Shown piece by piece: positions 51,106-61,708 of a stretch of 64,000 nucleotides of DNA (the stretch's first letter is position 1; every line of letters starts with the position of its first letter). The stretch covers positions 787 to 64,786 of the forward strand of contig JAGLZA010000099.1 of the NCBI GenBank assembly GCA_023131835.1. The letters are read 5' to 3'. The position numbers were made by a program, and so were the translations under genes. Origin of the DNA: a candidate division WOR-3 bacterium (lineage in GTDB: Bacteria; Hydrothermota; UBA3072). The notes under the pieces were generated by a model. The model saw only the letters and a program-made list of their open reading frames with translations, did not search any database and was not told the DNA's origin.

Positions 51106-51373
51106 GGAGTTTCATCGTTTTTCGTAGGGGTAACCCTTTTCGGTTGCGAGAGATTAGAGAGTAGGTGCCTGTCTGCGTGCGAGCCCGCATAGGCAGGCAA
51201 GGCATAATCCTACAATGCTTGTATTGCAAGAGATTTGTAGAGACGAGGCATTGCCTCGTCTCTACTTGATTCGGAGGAAAGAGGTAATCCACTTTTCGAT
51301 CCTTCGTATCCCTTGTTGTTACCTCCTTTTCGCAAATTGTAGGGCGAAAAATGATGAAACTCCGACGGAGAGC
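51106..51373 (-). mobile_element. MITE-like element (copy 3), inverted relative to copy 2
   Basis: TIR GGAGTTTCATCGTTTTTCG ... CGAAAAATGATGAAACTCC. The internal sequence is the reverse complement of 44586-44910. Confidence 0.7.
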
Positions 51374-51413
51374 ACCATTGACATTTAGATAGATATACCC
51401 TATTATCGATCTG

Positions 51414-52268
51414 ATGGGAAACAATATTAAACACTTTCCATATAGAATTCCAGTGTTACTTCTATTTGTTGTGAGCACCTCATGCTTCAATATGAAAGTT
51501 AGAAGAGAAGTGCCGCAGATTTTAAGTTACAATGAATTGGGGAAGAAAGACTATGATATTCCCTATATTTTAGAATTTAAAAGGGATAATAAATACCTGG
51601 TTATTTATGGGTGCAGACATTCTTTTGACCCTGGCGATTCAATGTTTTTCGATATAGAAAAAAGATTCAAGGATTTAAAACCGGATCTCGCATTAAATGA
51701 GGGTGGGGAATGGAGGATATTTGATAGTCAAGAAGAAACCATCAGAAAAAGCGGCGAACAGGGTTTTTTAAGGTATGTAAGCAAAAAATATGCTGTTCCT
51801 GTTATGAGTCTTGAACCACCTCCTGAAAAAGAATATGAATACATATTTAAAAAGTACTCAAAAAAAGACGTTCTATTAATGTATTTCTGCAGGCAGATCA
51901 GTCAGTTGCAGAGAGCGCAAAGAATAAAAAGCTTTGAAGAATATATGTCAGGGTTTTTGAAATATCTAAAAGAAAGTGGGATGCCTGTATCAGATGAAGA
52001 AACTGAGTTAGAAAATCTGATCAAAATATACGAAGAATTCTTTAATGAAGAATTTAACTGGGAGGGTTTTGAGCCCAAGAATGTGTGGCCGAATTATAAC
52101 AGAACACTCCTAAATGAGATCAGTAGAGAAGTAAGTCTATTTAGAGACAAATATATAGTAAATTTTATAAAAGAACAATTATCAAAAAATGATAGAATAT
52201 TCGTGTTAATTGGCGTTTCACACGTAATACAACAGGAACCTGTTTTAAGATATTACTTTGAAGAATAG
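51414..52268 (+). CDS. TraB/GumN-like family protein, hypothetical
   Basis: N-terminal signal/TM segment, then VIYGCRHSF and a C-terminal VLIGVSHV resembling the TraB/GumN G-x-H motifs. A weak call. Confidence 0.4.
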   Translation: MGNNIKHFPYRIPVLLLFVVSTSCFNMKVRREVPQILSYNELGKKDYDIPYILEFKRDNKYLVIYGCRHSFDPGDSMFFDIEKRFKDLKPDLALNEGGEWRIFDSQEETIRKSGEQGFLRYVSKKYAVPVMSLEPPPEKEYEYIFKKYSKKDVLLMYFCRQISQLQRAQRIKSFEEYMSGFLKYLKESGMPVSDEETELENLIKIYEEFFNEEFNWEGFEPKNVWPNYNRTLLNEISREVSLFRDKYIVNFIKEQLSKNDRIFVLIGVSHVIQQEPVLRYYFEE

Positions 52269-52372
52269 GGTCATGAACCTAAGGGTCAATCATTTCTCTC
52301 ATTCTATGGAAAAAAATGAGAGGAATGATATTTCATCTAAGAAAAGGGAGGTGAAGGAAGTTCCTTAAGAAA

Positions 52373-53029
52373 ATGCCATCAATAATCATTGGAATTGCTG
52401 CATTTTTGTTCCTCCTTGGGATGGAATATAAAACTGCATTTCTTGAAATTTATCTCCAGGGGGAATGGAAAGTTGGTAGCAAAGAAGTTGCATTGACATT
52501 TGACGATTGCCCATTGGAGCCATACACTTCACAGATTTTAAATACCCTGGCAGAGCACAACCTACAAGCCACCTTTTTCATAATTGGTGAGCGGTCGGTC
52601 AAATATCCAGCGGTAATAAGAAGGATGTTAAATGAAGGACACTCGATTGGCAACCATGGCTATACAGGTATGAAACCAGCACTATTATTGAAAGATAGTA
52701 CAGCAGAGGGTATCATTCACACCCAAAATGTTCTGAAGAAGATTACAGGAGTAAGGCCGAAATTACTTCGCTTACCATCTGGTATACCCCAGAGAGACAT
52801 AAAAAATGTTGTGGACAAAGAAAATCTTAGAATGATATTCGCAAATGTCTTCATAGTAAAGGAACGACAAAAAACAGCCGATGAGATAGTTTTCCATATT
52901 CTAAGACATACAAAATCAGGAAGTATTGTACTCCTGCATGGCGATCATAGAGAAATGGTTAAAGCCTTGCCTAATATTATTCGTGGGATTGAAAAGAACA
53001 ACTTGAAATTTGTTGCCCTAAATCAATAA
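52373..53029 (+). CDS. Polysaccharide deacetylase (CE4/NodB domain), membrane anchored
   Basis: NodB motifs LTFDDCP, HSIGNHG and LRLPSG, with an N-terminal TM segment. Confidence 0.75.
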   Translation: MPSIIIGIAAFLFLLGMEYKTAFLEIYLQGEWKVGSKEVALTFDDCPLEPYTSQILNTLAEHNLQATFFIIGERSVKYPAVIRRMLNEGHSIGNHGYTGMKPALLLKDSTAEGIIHTQNVLKKITGVRPKLLRLPSGIPQRDIKNVVDKENLRMIFANVFIVKERQKTADEIVFHILRHTKSGSIVLLHGDHREMVKALPNIIRGIEKNNLKFVALNQ

Positions 53030-53251
53030 TTTTAATATTTTAACTTCTCTTTGTTTCAGATTTTCTCTATTCTCTATTCTTCATAAATTGTCATTATTCT
53101 ATGTGCTTGACCCTGATGAAGTAGTGTTGCACTTCATCGGTCAGGTTCATCCGATATCTAAGGCTTGAAGTATGTATATTATTACATAGGTAAGTATCTT
53201 GACATATAAACGAATTTGTATTAACATCTAAAACAACAAAAGGAGGTAGGA

Positions 53252-53455
53252 GTGAACATCAAAAAAATACTCATTGATTTTTTTATTACTTTTATTGTTA
53301 CTCTTGTAGTAAGTGCGATTGTGAGTTTACTCTGGAATCTCATCTTTCATGGAGTGAGTATTGTAGACTGGGGAACCTCATTCCGTTTCGCCATCATTTT
53401 CGGAATAGTCTTTCCATGGATGAGGACAAGGGACCACAAAGAAAAAGAAAAATAG
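53252..53455 (+). CDS. Small membrane protein (67 aa), GTG start
   Basis: AAAGGAGGTAGGA-GTG start. Two hydrophobic helices. Confidence 0.4.
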   Translation: MNIKKILIDFFITFIVTLVVSAIVSLLWNLIFHGVSIVDWGTSFRFAIIFGIVFPWMRTRDHKEKEK

Positions 53456-53539
53456 GCTTGCAATGTCACAGGTCACGACATATCTTGCCCCTACATTCAT
53501 TTAGTCATTTAGGGACGGTGCTTGTCATCTTGACAATAG

Positions 53540-53640
53540 GGTTCATGGGGGTTTATAGTGCTAATTGCGTTGTGCGTTGAGAATCGAGCCCGGAAGGGCT
53601 CTCCCACAAGATTAGTCCAGGGTCCAAAGTCAGCAGCCGA
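53540..53640. repeat. Family-B intergenic repeat (shares GGGTTCATGG...CTCTCCCACAAGATTAGTCCA with 2073-2240)
   Basis: The shared core is read directly from the sequence. Confidence 0.55.
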
Positions 53641-53897
53641 GAGCCTTTAGCGAGACCCACTCCTCCCATAAAAAGAGGGCGAGGAGAGCTCGCCTCTACA
53701 TTTCAGGGATTTGATGAATAAAATCCCTGAAGTTGCGCAGAGCAAGCTCTGCCACTACATTTTACAATCCAATTGAAATAAAAAGGACAGTACTTAAAAA
53801 CACTAACCCATATAACTATACCGTCAAGTGCCAGAACTTTCCCGAACAATCCCCAAAACAACCTTGACAGAAAAACAAAAAAATATATCCTGATTGT

Positions 53898-55325
53898 ATG
53901 AAACCGATAATTCTCCTCTTAATACTTTTAATCCCTTTTACAGTCTTTGGGATAAACGGCTCTATTGAATACAACGATGACCAGGAAATTTTGAACCTCT
54001 GGGGTAGCAACTATGAGATGGGATACGCTCAGGGTTATCTGCTTAACCAGAGAATTACCGATTTCTTTATAGATTATTTCTTTAACGGATTAGGGATTTC
54101 AGTCGCAGAATATAATTTTATCTATAGTGTGTATTGGATTTATTTCACCGTTCCTGCTCCCTATATAATTGAAGCAAACGAACTCTTAAACGGTATAGTA
54201 GATGCAGGTGCAAGCATTTATATCGATACACTCTCAAGGGATATGGATTCAACAGATGTATTAATTGCAAATTCCATTGGGGATCTCAGCTACATCTTTT
54301 CTTACTTAAATCCTTTTGGCTGCAGTTCTCTCTCTTCCTGGGGTAATGCTACTTCAGGGGACATATTACTCAACGGCAACATTATTATGGGAAGAAATCT
54401 TGATTTCACACATACAGAGATGATGCTCGAAAATGCGCTGATAATGACAGTTGACCCTGATAGTGGAAAGGAATGGGTTGGTTTTGGATACCCTGGGACA
54501 ATATCCTGTATTTCCGGCATGAATGAAGATATGCTTGCAGTTGAAATGAATATGGGGTACCGTACAAATACGATAAATTTTAATCCAAAATTAAAGCCCT
54601 TCCAGTTTACCCAGAGAGAAATACTCGAAGCATCGGATTACAATGATAATGATACAGTTGATTATCGAGATGTATTTGAAAAATGTATTGATAGCCCCAA
54701 TGCTGGTTCCTGGCTCTGTCATACCATTACCTCTTATATAGATTCTGCAACAGTTTCCGCAGCCGTAATCGAATGTGTAAATGAATCGGGTGATACCTTC
54801 AGAACAGCAGATAATGATACGAATCTACGCCCCTGGAATTTGCTCCTGCTAAACCGTGAAGAGGTAAACTATACACCACTCCCCGACCAACGGTATTCTG
54901 TTGTTCTTGATTCAATCAATACTGACTCTAATATAACAACGGAACGTATGTTCAACATAATGCGGGCTATTTCCACATCTAATACGATTCAGACTATGCT
55001 CTTTTTATCCAATGACTCAATGTTTGCCATTTCATTCGCAGATTCACTCCATACTGCTGCTAACAAGACCCCGCTATGGTATAAATGGAGCGACCTTTTC
55101 CCGAACCACTCTACAGGAGTAGAAGAAATAAAGTTAGTAGACAGGCAAAACAATACCCTTCTTTATTCAGAATTCATCAAGTTATTAAAAAAAGAAAAAT
55201 TAACTGTTTACAATATCTCCGGCAGAAGAATAAATTCAGCAGAGATACCCGCTATATCATCAGGTGTATACTTTGTAAGAAGAACAAGCCAATCAAAAAT
55301 CTATAAGCTTCTGATTTTGAGATAG
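53898..55325 (+). CDS. Secreted T9SS cargo protein, possible Ntn-hydrolase (peptidase C45/choloylglycine hydrolase-like)
   Basis: Signal peptide, then an internal FGCSSL (possible Gly-Cys autoprocessing site) and GRNLDF. C-terminal Por/T9SS sorting domain (...NISGRRI...SGVYFVRRTSQSKIYKLLILR). Confidence 0.5.
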   Translation: MKPIILLLILLIPFTVFGINGSIEYNDDQEILNLWGSNYEMGYAQGYLLNQRITDFFIDYFFNGLGISVAEYNFIYSVYWIYFTVPAPYIIEANELLNGIVDAGASIYIDTLSRDMDSTDVLIANSIGDLSYIFSYLNPFGCSSLSSWGNATSGDILLNGNIIMGRNLDFTHTEMMLENALIMTVDPDSGKEWVGFGYPGTISCISGMNEDMLAVEMNMGYRTNTINFNPKLKPFQFTQREILEASDYNDNDTVDYRDVFEKCIDSPNAGSWLCHTITSYIDSATVSAAVIECVNESGDTFRTADNDTNLRPWNLLLLNREEVNYTPLPDQRYSVVLDSINTDSNITTERMFNIMRAISTSNTIQTMLFLSNDSMFAISFADSLHTAANKTPLWYKWSDLFPNHSTGVEEIKLVDRQNNTLLYSEFIKLLKKEKLTVYNISGRRINSAEIPAISSGVYFVRRTSQSKIYKLLILR

Positions 55326-55502
55326 GAAAGGAAAGCGGGGACGGTGTTTTTGAGATTATACTTTCCCCCTAACTGTACCTCCAAGTTCTGAACTTTCCCA
55401 ATAGTGATATACTTCTTATTGACAAAATTGTAGAATAGCTTTATAATATTCTTAAGATGTATAATCTTTATGCATCTTAAGATTGTGTGAAGGGGGTGTA
55501 TT

Positions 55503-57605
55503 ATGTTCTTAATATTATTTTCATTCTTTGCTGATTCAGTTAATCTGAAATTGTTGAAAACTTTACCTTATGATTTGCCTGTATTTATTGAGATAAACGA
55601 CAATCTAATGTATACTGCTGGTGGAGATTATGGAGAATATTATACTGTTTATTCGCTTGATGATCCCTATCATCCCCGAATTATATCTCAGTGGTTTAGA
55701 GATATTAATATGAGTAAGGGAGGAATAGAGAATTCTATTTTCTTGTGCTATGCCAATAAATTATATAAGTCCAATGAAATAATGAATATTGAGGATCCCT
55801 ATAACATTTTTTATGAAGGGAAAATTGACCCTGGCGGTAGTCCAAAGTTTATGCAAATTAGAGATACAATACTCTTTGCAGATATGCATTTGAATAATAG
55901 AATATATACCTATTCCCTGTCAGATCCATCCTCGCCTTTAGAACTCTCCTCATACCAACCGCAATTTCTTAGTGCTTCTTATATGCAACGCTACTTTGTT
56001 CTTGATACATTGTGTTTTATAACAGATGGGTTGCGATTTGAGGTTGTGAATGTAAAGGATCCAGAGAACTTGTACTTTGCTGCCTTCAATGATTCAGTCA
56101 TAAAGAATCAAGCCCATAATATCAGTATAAGCGGCAAAAATGACTTTCTCTATCTTTATTTGGTTTTTGAAAACTATACGGGTTTCAGAAACGGTGTATT
56201 CTCAGAGGAAACCCTTTACACCATAGACTGTTCCAGGATAGATTCCATCGTAGTTGTGGATAAAGAGTTTATTAGAACGGTTGATGCTTATCCATATTAT
56301 AGATTTAACTCTATTATATGGGACACACTTTTATATACACTGAGCGATCCAACAGGTTATGATTCTGCATATCTTGCATCTTTTTCCATAAGCAATCCGG
56401 ATGACCCATTATTAATGAATGAATATCATGGAGAATGGGAGAGACGATTCGATGGATTCATAGACCTTGACTTCAGTGATTCTCTTCTCTATCTAAATAG
56501 AGGTTTATCAGGGATAACAGTTCTAAATCCTTTCTTTGAACATCGCGGGAACAGCTGCTACTCAGGGTATACTGTTAGAATGAACCAGAGAAATAATATA
56601 ATCTATACTGGAACTTATGGATGCGGGATAAGGATATTCAAAGAGACAGAGGATACCATCTATGAGATTACAAAGGGAGGGCAACGTTATGACCTAATGG
56701 ACATTGCCCTCTTCGATACTCTCCTTTATGCATCAAGTGCAATTGGAGGGTTTTTTATTTTCTCTATTAAAGATTCATCAAACCCTGTTCTTACATATCA
56801 GGATTCTTTACTTTCTGACTCTTTTTGGTCTGAAAAAATTGCTGTGGATTCCAATTATATCTACCTCACGAGGATGAGTCAGAATCTTGCCCGATTTTAC
56901 ATACTGGACAGATATGATTATTCGATAGTGTCTACCCTCGACAGTGTATGGGGAAATATAAACTTAAGGGATACCACAGGATTTATCGGAGATAAAATTT
57001 TGAACCTCAGTGATAAAACAAATCCATTCGTTATAACAGATCTCGGTGATGCCTATAGTAATGCATTGAAGGACTCAATACTATTTCTCTCAAACGGAGA
57101 ACTATATTCAGTGGCACAAATAGACTCTCCAGTTTTGCTAACCACATTACCTTCAGGAGAAGGTGAATTCAGGGGGGATAGCATTTACATCTGCAAACGG
57201 TCTTATCCTTCACAAATATATGTATACGATGTCTGTAAGCCTGACTCCGCATATCTGGTAGCATATGGCAAAAGACCAGAAAGCACGATGGAAATAAATT
57301 ATATCTATCCCACTTCAAATAGAAGAATCTTTACCGATGGATGTTTTTACCTCGATTTTATAGAATCCCAGGGCATTAAAGAAGAAAATTTAGATGGTAT
57401 GCACTCCTTAATAGCAGTTGATTATATAACTCTAAAAGGCATAGAAAAATGTTCAATCTCCCTATTCGATGTAACAGGTAGAAGGATTTTAAAAAAGGAT
57501 ATAAACGGAGATGGGAAAATTTATGTAAAAAACTTGTCTACTGGCGTTTATTTCATTTCCATACCGAAGATGAAATTGTGGAAAAAAGTGGTTATTGTTC
57601 ATTAG
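55503..57605 (+). CDS. Secreted T9SS cargo protein, hypothetical (repetitive beta-rich)
   Basis: 700 aa ending in a T9SS C-terminal domain (SLFDVTGRRILKKDINGDGKIYVKNLSTGVYFISI...KVVIVH). Confidence 0.5.
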   Translation: MFLILFSFFADSVNLKLLKTLPYDLPVFIEINDNLMYTAGGDYGEYYTVYSLDDPYHPRIISQWFRDINMSKGGIENSIFLCYANKLYKSNEIMNIEDPYNIFYEGKIDPGGSPKFMQIRDTILFADMHLNNRIYTYSLSDPSSPLELSSYQPQFLSASYMQRYFVLDTLCFITDGLRFEVVNVKDPENLYFAAFNDSVIKNQAHNISISGKNDFLYLYLVFENYTGFRNGVFSEETLYTIDCSRIDSIVVVDKEFIRTVDAYPYYRFNSIIWDTLLYTLSDPTGYDSAYLASFSISNPDDPLLMNEYHGEWERRFDGFIDLDFSDSLLYLNRGLSGITVLNPFFEHRGNSCYSGYTVRMNQRNNIIYTGTYGCGIRIFKETEDTIYEITKGGQRYDLMDIALFDTLLYASSAIGGFFIFSIKDSSNPVLTYQDSLLSDSFWSEKIAVDSNYIYLTRMSQNLARFYILDRYDYSIVSTLDSVWGNINLRDTTGFIGDKILNLSDKTNPFVITDLGDAYSNALKDSILFLSNGELYSVAQIDSPVLLTTLPSGEGEFRGDSIYICKRSYPSQIYVYDVCKPDSAYLVAYGKRPESTMEINYIYPTSNRRIFTDGCFYLDFIESQGIKEENLDGMHSLIAVDYITLKGIEKCSISLFDVTGRRILKKDINGDGKIYVKNLSTGVYFISIPKMKLWKKVVIVH

Positions 57606-57672
57606 CGATCGAACTTTTTGGGAAGCAATGAAGATAAAAGAAGGGTTTTAAGAATTTTCTGAGAAGAAGGTG

Positions 57673-58467
57673 TTAAATGGGTGGGGTGAGAAATTCAAAT
57701 ATTTTAGGCATTGCTATGCTTGCTTTCTCCAGTATTGTATAATCTCCTATATGAGAAAGCGCAGTAGGAGAAGGATTTATTTCAATAATTGCTACCCCAT
57801 GCTCTTTTGCATAAAATGGCAGAGAGGCAGCCGGATACACAATCCCTGAAGTGCCAATAAGAAGTAAAGAGTTTGAATTTTCAACCTCCACATATGCTCG
57901 CCCGAACTCATCCTGCGGCAGTGATTCTCCAAAAAGTACTACATCAGGTCTATATCTACCACCGCAATCACATTTAGGAAAAATCAGCCTTATTAATTGA
58001 AGCCTTGACGCTCTCTTGAGTCTATAGATAAATTCTTCCAAGTCTTCTTCATCGAATTTATTCTCCTTCATACATTTCGTACATCTGAATCTTAACATAT
58101 TTCCATGAAGTTCAATAACGTTTTTGCTCCCTGCTTCCTGATGCAAATTATCTACATTCTGGGTGATAATAGAATTTAAGATTCCCCTTTTTTCCATTTC
58201 TGCAAGTATATAATGGGCTTTATTAGGTTTTGCATTATGAATAGTCTCGTAAAACTCAAGGATGAAATCCCTCATTCTGTACGGTTTGGTGAGAAACACT
58301 CCGAAAAGACCGGCAACATTTGCATATATCGCAGGGTTATATCTCTCCCATATACCACCCTTCCCTCTAAATGTGGGTATTCCGCTCTCCTGGGATATCC
58401 CGGCTCCGGTCATAGCAACAACATTTCCTTTCTCTAAGATTGCCCTTATTGCTTCTATAGTTTCCAT
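57673..58467 (-). CDS. NAD-dependent protein deacylase (sirtuin, CobB/SIR2 family)
   Basis: GAGISQESGIPTFRG motif and zinc-ribbon cysteines (CTKC...CDCGG). Confidence 0.8.
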   Translation of the reverse strand: METIEAIRAILEKGNVVAMTGAGISQESGIPTFRGKGGIWERYNPAIYANVAGLFGVFLTKPYRMRDFILEFYETIHNAKPNKAHYILAEMEKRGILNSIITQNVDNLHQEAGSKNVIELHGNMLRFRCTKCMKENKFDEEDLEEFIYRLKRASRLQLIRLIFPKCDCGGRYRPDVVLFGESLPQDEFGRAYVEVENSNSLLLIGTSGIVYPAASLPFYAKEHGVAIIEINPSPTALSHIGDYTILEKASIAMPKIFEFLTPPI

Positions 58468-58520
58468 ATCTTTATTTTATACAAACTTAGATGTAACGTC
58501 AAGGTTAACAGATTCCCTTC

Positions 58521-58950
58521 CCACCCCCCTTTTTAACCACAGAGAGCACAGAGAACTAAAGAACCCAACCACTCCCCCCTTAAAATTTGTGTTTTAGAGG
58601 ACTCAGAGGAGACACTACCCCCCCCTTTTTTTACCACAGAGGGCACAGAGAAAATAGTGTGTTGGTCGGTTAGCGAGTTGGTCAGTTAGTCTGTTGTTCG
58701 TAGGGGCACGGAGCCCCGTGCCCCTACGATTTAATGTAGGAATGTCACAATATTGGAGTAGCGAAACTTGTTTCGCGCTTACAAAAAAACGCAGACCAGG
58801 GTCTGCTACTCCACTAAATCTTTATAATACTTCGATAGAACTCTTGGACCCTTCTTTTTTTGCAATTTTTGCCTGCCTGCGTGCAACGCACCCAGAGACG
58901 CAAAGGACACAGAGGAGAAAGAGGTAGGGGCGTTCAGTTGAACGCCCCTA
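58521..58950. repeat. Repeat island: family-A (58521-58665, reverse), family-B fragment (58655-58700), hairpins GTAGGGGCACGGAGCCCCGTGCCCCTAC (58700-58727), GGAGTAGCG...CTGCTACTCC (58755-58812), GTAGGGGCGTTCAGTTGAACGCCCCTAC (58923-58950)
   Basis: The perfect palindromes are read directly. The family blocks match 2444-2575 and 20311-20516. Confidence 0.6.
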
Positions 58951-58984
58951 CTGGAAGTCTATCTCGGGCTTTATCGTTAAAAAA

Positions 58985-60793
58985 CTATTTAACTATCACC
59001 AACTTGGTTCTACCAATGAGATGCCTGTCGAGTTTGAGTTCAAGGAAGTAAATCCCAGCCCTTGATAGGTTGAAGAAAACCGAGTGGTTGCCTTCATCCC
59101 AGCGAACTGGCCCAAGATGATACACCAATCTGCCGCTCACATCATACAGGGAAATATCTACGAGTCCGCTCCTGGAGAGTAAGAGGTCGATTGGACTTTT
59201 CGCAGTAATCAGATTAGAATAGACAGAGAAGAAGGGTTCACTAATATCTCTTTCCTCTACACCAGACACACCTATGGGAACATTCAGACAAAATTCAGAT
59301 GTGTTGTAGTACATATCGGATGTTGTAGCTGTTACAGTATCACCAACATTAACTCCCGTAACTACAATACTCCAGTCACCTGAAGCAACCGGACTGGTTG
59401 AACCCAGATATATCGCCCCTTCCCCATAGCCTGTTGGGTCTGGTATTGCCTTAAAGACCTCTACAATAGCCTGTGTGGGATCTGTATCTATATCAATTGT
59501 ACCCGCAATTGTCGTGAATGTAGCGCTGTAATAAGCAGAATCGATCACAGGGAAATTGAGTTCCTGGTTTGGGCCAGAATCTGGATCAGCAGGGTCATTG
59601 AAGGTCACACTGTTATTTTGCAGGTCTATTCCCAGTCCATTGTTGTCATAGATCGAATTTAGAGTAATCAAGTTCTCATCAGCGTTAATATTGTCGATAA
59701 AATCTTCCCATACGGCAACTCCGTCCCCTCCATTGTGGGCGATTATGTTGTACGGACCAATCTGGTTCATATCAGCACAACCCCATTGGGAAGGTCCATA
59801 CTCGCCAACAGCAACACCATGGAAATTGTTGGGTAATGGAGTTGTCAAATCTATCGCTAATCCGATAATATTATTCATAACCAGGTTCCACCGTGTTTGA
59901 ATAGGAGGAGCAGGAAAGGGCTCATTGTTGTATCCCTGGATACCAACACCATCGTAATCATTACCGGAGATAAGGTTATCATCCACAACATTATCATGGG
60001 TACCCTCACACAGACATACCCCCTCATGAATATTACCCTGATCCGCCATTCCGTTAATATCAGTGCCGATGTAATTGCGGAAAACATCGGTAAAGCCTAC
60101 ATCGCCAGGGAGCCTGGGGCCTATCACAGCAACCCCTTCAGCGTAATTTGCCGAAATGAGATTTTCTGTAATCTCATTGTGATAAGCTATAGAAGTAATC
60201 TCAGCAGGTACATTGTAGATACGAATACCTGCCCAGAGGCTGTCAGTAACGCGACCATTCCCTTTAGGCCCTAATCCTGGCGGATCCATACCGATAATGT
60301 TCCAGTATATCTGGTTATAACTCGCATCCTGCATAGGTCCTGCTTCGATAGAAATCCCGTCCTTCTCAAAATTATTGATTATAAGTCCCTGAATCCGGTT
60401 GTTGTCAGACATAATCCATATGCCACGGACTGGACCAGCAGCGATTCCGTCAATCTCTATAAGAAGAATTAATGTAGCCGGAGGATTACTTCCAGGGGTG
60501 GCTCCAGTGGGTTGTGTTAATCCATCGATAAGAACGCCAGCCGGGTCAATAAGTGGAGGGAGTTGGGATTGAGGAAATATGGTGTATGGTCCCGAAGGTG
60601 TAATATAAAAATCTATTGTATCATAGCCGGGATTAGAGTTAGCTGAATTTATTGCATCTCTTAGACTCCCTAACCCTGTGTCATTTGTGTTTATCACTGT
60701 GTAGATAGCACCTTTTAAGTTAACCGGAGCGAGGACAAGTAATAATAACAGGATGCAAATTGAGTAACATAACAATTTTCGAAATGTCTTCAT
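58985..60793 (-). CDS. Secreted right-handed parallel beta-helix protein, T9SS cargo
   Basis: Signal peptide, pectate-lyase-like beta-helix repeats (NNRIQGLIINN, GIxI repeats), and a C-terminal T9SS domain (ISLYDVSGRLV...AGIYFLELK...KLVIVK). Confidence 0.6.
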   Translation of the reverse strand: MKTFRKLLCYSICILLLLLVLAPVNLKGAIYTVINTNDTGLGSLRDAINSANSNPGYDTIDFYITPSGPYTIFPQSQLPPLIDPAGVLIDGLTQPTGATPGSNPPATLILLIEIDGIAAGPVRGIWIMSDNNRIQGLIINNFEKDGISIEAGPMQDASYNQIYWNIIGMDPPGLGPKGNGRVTDSLWAGIRIYNVPAEITSIAYHNEITENLISANYAEGVAVIGPRLPGDVGFTDVFRNYIGTDINGMADQGNIHEGVCLCEGTHDNVVDDNLISGNDYDGVGIQGYNNEPFPAPPIQTRWNLVMNNIIGLAIDLTTPLPNNFHGVAVGEYGPSQWGCADMNQIGPYNIIAHNGGDGVAVWEDFIDNINADENLITLNSIYDNNGLGIDLQNNSVTFNDPADPDSGPNQELNFPVIDSAYYSATFTTIAGTIDIDTDPTQAIVEVFKAIPDPTGYGEGAIYLGSTSPVASGDWSIVVTGVNVGDTVTATTSDMYYNTSEFCLNVPIGVSGVEERDISEPFFSVYSNLITAKSPIDLLLSRSGLVDISLYDVSGRLVYHLGPVRWDEGNHSVFFNLSRAGIYFLELKLDRHLIGRTKLVIVK

Positions 60794-60932
60794 TTACGCA
60801 CCTCCTTTTTTTTATACATTTTCCGCTACTTTTAAATACTTATCCTGTTTTCAAAGATTAAAATTATATAATGTAATAGTATATACCAAAAATAAGTAAA
60901 AGTCAATAACTTTTTTTCACTGGAGCGGGAAA

Positions 60933-61200
60933 GGAGTAGCAAAACTTGTTTCGCGTCATCCCAAAAAACGCAGAGTTTACTCTGCTACTCCAAAATCTGC
61001 GGATAAATGGTTGGGTGGAGAGGTGATAACAAAAACATTATTTTTCTTTGTGTCCTTTGTGTCTTTGTGGTGAACAATCTTCATTTTGCATTGGAGCGAA
61101 GCGACTATCTCTGTGTCCTCTAAAACACATAAAATTTAAGGGGAGTGGTTGGGCTCTTTAGTTCTCTGTGCCCTCTGTGGTGAAAAAATGGGGTAGTGTG
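60933..61200. repeat. Hairpin GGAGTAGCA...TGCTACTCC (60933-60992) and family-A repeat (61108-61200)
   Basis: These match 58755-58812 and 2444-2575 respectively. Confidence 0.6.
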
Positions 61201-61264
61201 GAGACACAAATACCTTGACAGATTAAAAACACTTTTATATCTTATTCCGGAGGTATTAAAAAGG

Positions 61265-61669
61265 ATGCAGAAGATTATAACAATAACTACAGATAAACGG
61301 GAGGGACTCTACGATATAACAGAGCAGGTTAGAGCTTATGTCGAATCATCCCATATCAATACGGGTTATGTCAATACGTATGTTCAAGGTGCCACAGCAG
61401 GTATTATGATACAGGAAAACTGGGACGAGAGTGTACAACAGGATGTTGTTGACCTCCTGCAAAAATTAATACCCAGGGGAGTCTGGAAACACGATGTCCA
61501 GGATGGAAACGGGGATGCACATCTCAAGGCTGGAATCGTAGGACCCAGTGAGACAATTCCTATAATAGAAGGTAATCTGGGGCTTTCAACATGGCAAAAC
61601 ATCTTCCTATGTGAATTCGATGGCCCACGAGATAGAAGAAATATTGTAATTACAATAACAAAGGCATAG
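61265..61669 (+). CDS. YjbQ/UPF0047 family protein
   Basis: ATAGIMIQENWDESVQQD...NGDAHLKAGIVGPSE...LGTWQNIFLCEFDGPRDRR matches the YjbQ fold. The track ORF start at 61196 lies inside the repeat, so the ATG at 61265 is used instead. Confidence 0.7.
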   Translation: MQKIITITTDKREGLYDITEQVRAYVESSHINTGYVNTYVQGATAGIMIQENWDESVQQDVVDLLQKLIPRGVWKHDVQDGNGDAHLKAGIVGPSETIPIIEGNLGLSTWQNIFLCEFDGPRDRRNIVITITKA

Positions 61670-61708
61670 AGATAATCGTCGTCGCATCAAAGAACAGAGG
61701 AGGTATAT

